Assembly (NCBI GenBank): GCA_030615175.1
Contig: JAUWZX010000001.1
Span: 408,029 to 460,043 of the forward strand
Source of the DNA: Candidatus Parvarchaeota archaeon
Lineage (GTDB): Archaea > Nanobdellota > Nanobdellia > WJKC01
DNA length: 52,015 nucleotides
Reading direction: 5' to 3'
Below are positions 51,846 through 52,015 of the stretch, in pieces. Position numbers and translations under genes: made by a program. The notes beneath the pieces are model-generated. The model was not told the DNA's origin. It saw nothing but the letters and a program-made list of their open reading frames with translations, and did not search any database. Every line of letters starts with the position of its first letter. Within the stretch, counting starts at the first letter, position 1.

Positions 51846-52015
51846 TACTTCTTCACCTGCTTCTTAATATATAATTTTAAGTGAGCCCGGCTCCTGAAGA
51901 ATCCTGCCTTGGCAAGATTATAAAGTTTTCTATACAAATGAGGAGTTAGTACTTTCTTATCTTTTAAATGCCTTAATAATTCTCTTTGAGGTCTAATCTT
52001 ATTAATCCACGCCCT
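51845..52015 (-). CDS. rpl19e: 50S ribosomal protein L19e, 3' part
   Basis: Hand translation WINKIRPQRELLRHLKD...YRKLYNLAKAGFFRS; position before L18. Confidence 0.93.
   Translation of the reverse strand, partial: RAWINKIRPQRELLRHLKDKKVLTPHLYRKLYNLAKAGFFRSRAHLKLYIKKQVKK

Overview
Compact, AT-rich archaeal chromosome segment. The gene set and divergent rRNA suggest a DPANN, Nanoarchaeota-like lineage (inference). RNA genes: separately promoted 16S and 23S rRNA genes about 3.6 kb apart with no 5S, RNase P RNA, tRNA-Ala(UGC), and tRNA-Gln(UUG) with a D-arm intron. Housekeeping genes include gatDE, gatCAB, class II lysS, DNA ligase, TFE, pelota, ftsZ, minD, carS, uppS, a split GlmU pathway, secY, sec61beta and ribosomal proteins L19e, L18, S5, L30, L15 and L34e. 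Highlights read directly from the sequence: (1) a 37-nt bulge-helix-bulge-type intron in 16S after position 793 (E. coli numbering) that breaks the 806R primer site; (2) substitutions at near-universal PTC, H69 and decoding-site rRNA positions; (3) a circularly permuted HAD phosphatase; (4) three ORB-like boxes, a candidate origin, between divergent ftsZ and minD with no adjacent orc1/cdc6; (5) a 6.5-kb accessory island splitting the L30-L15 operon, containing a cassette of four very basic small proteins (two HNH folds and two unannotated mini-proteins, one with two HU-arm-like RNPxTGK motifs). No CRISPR array, integrase or transposase was found.
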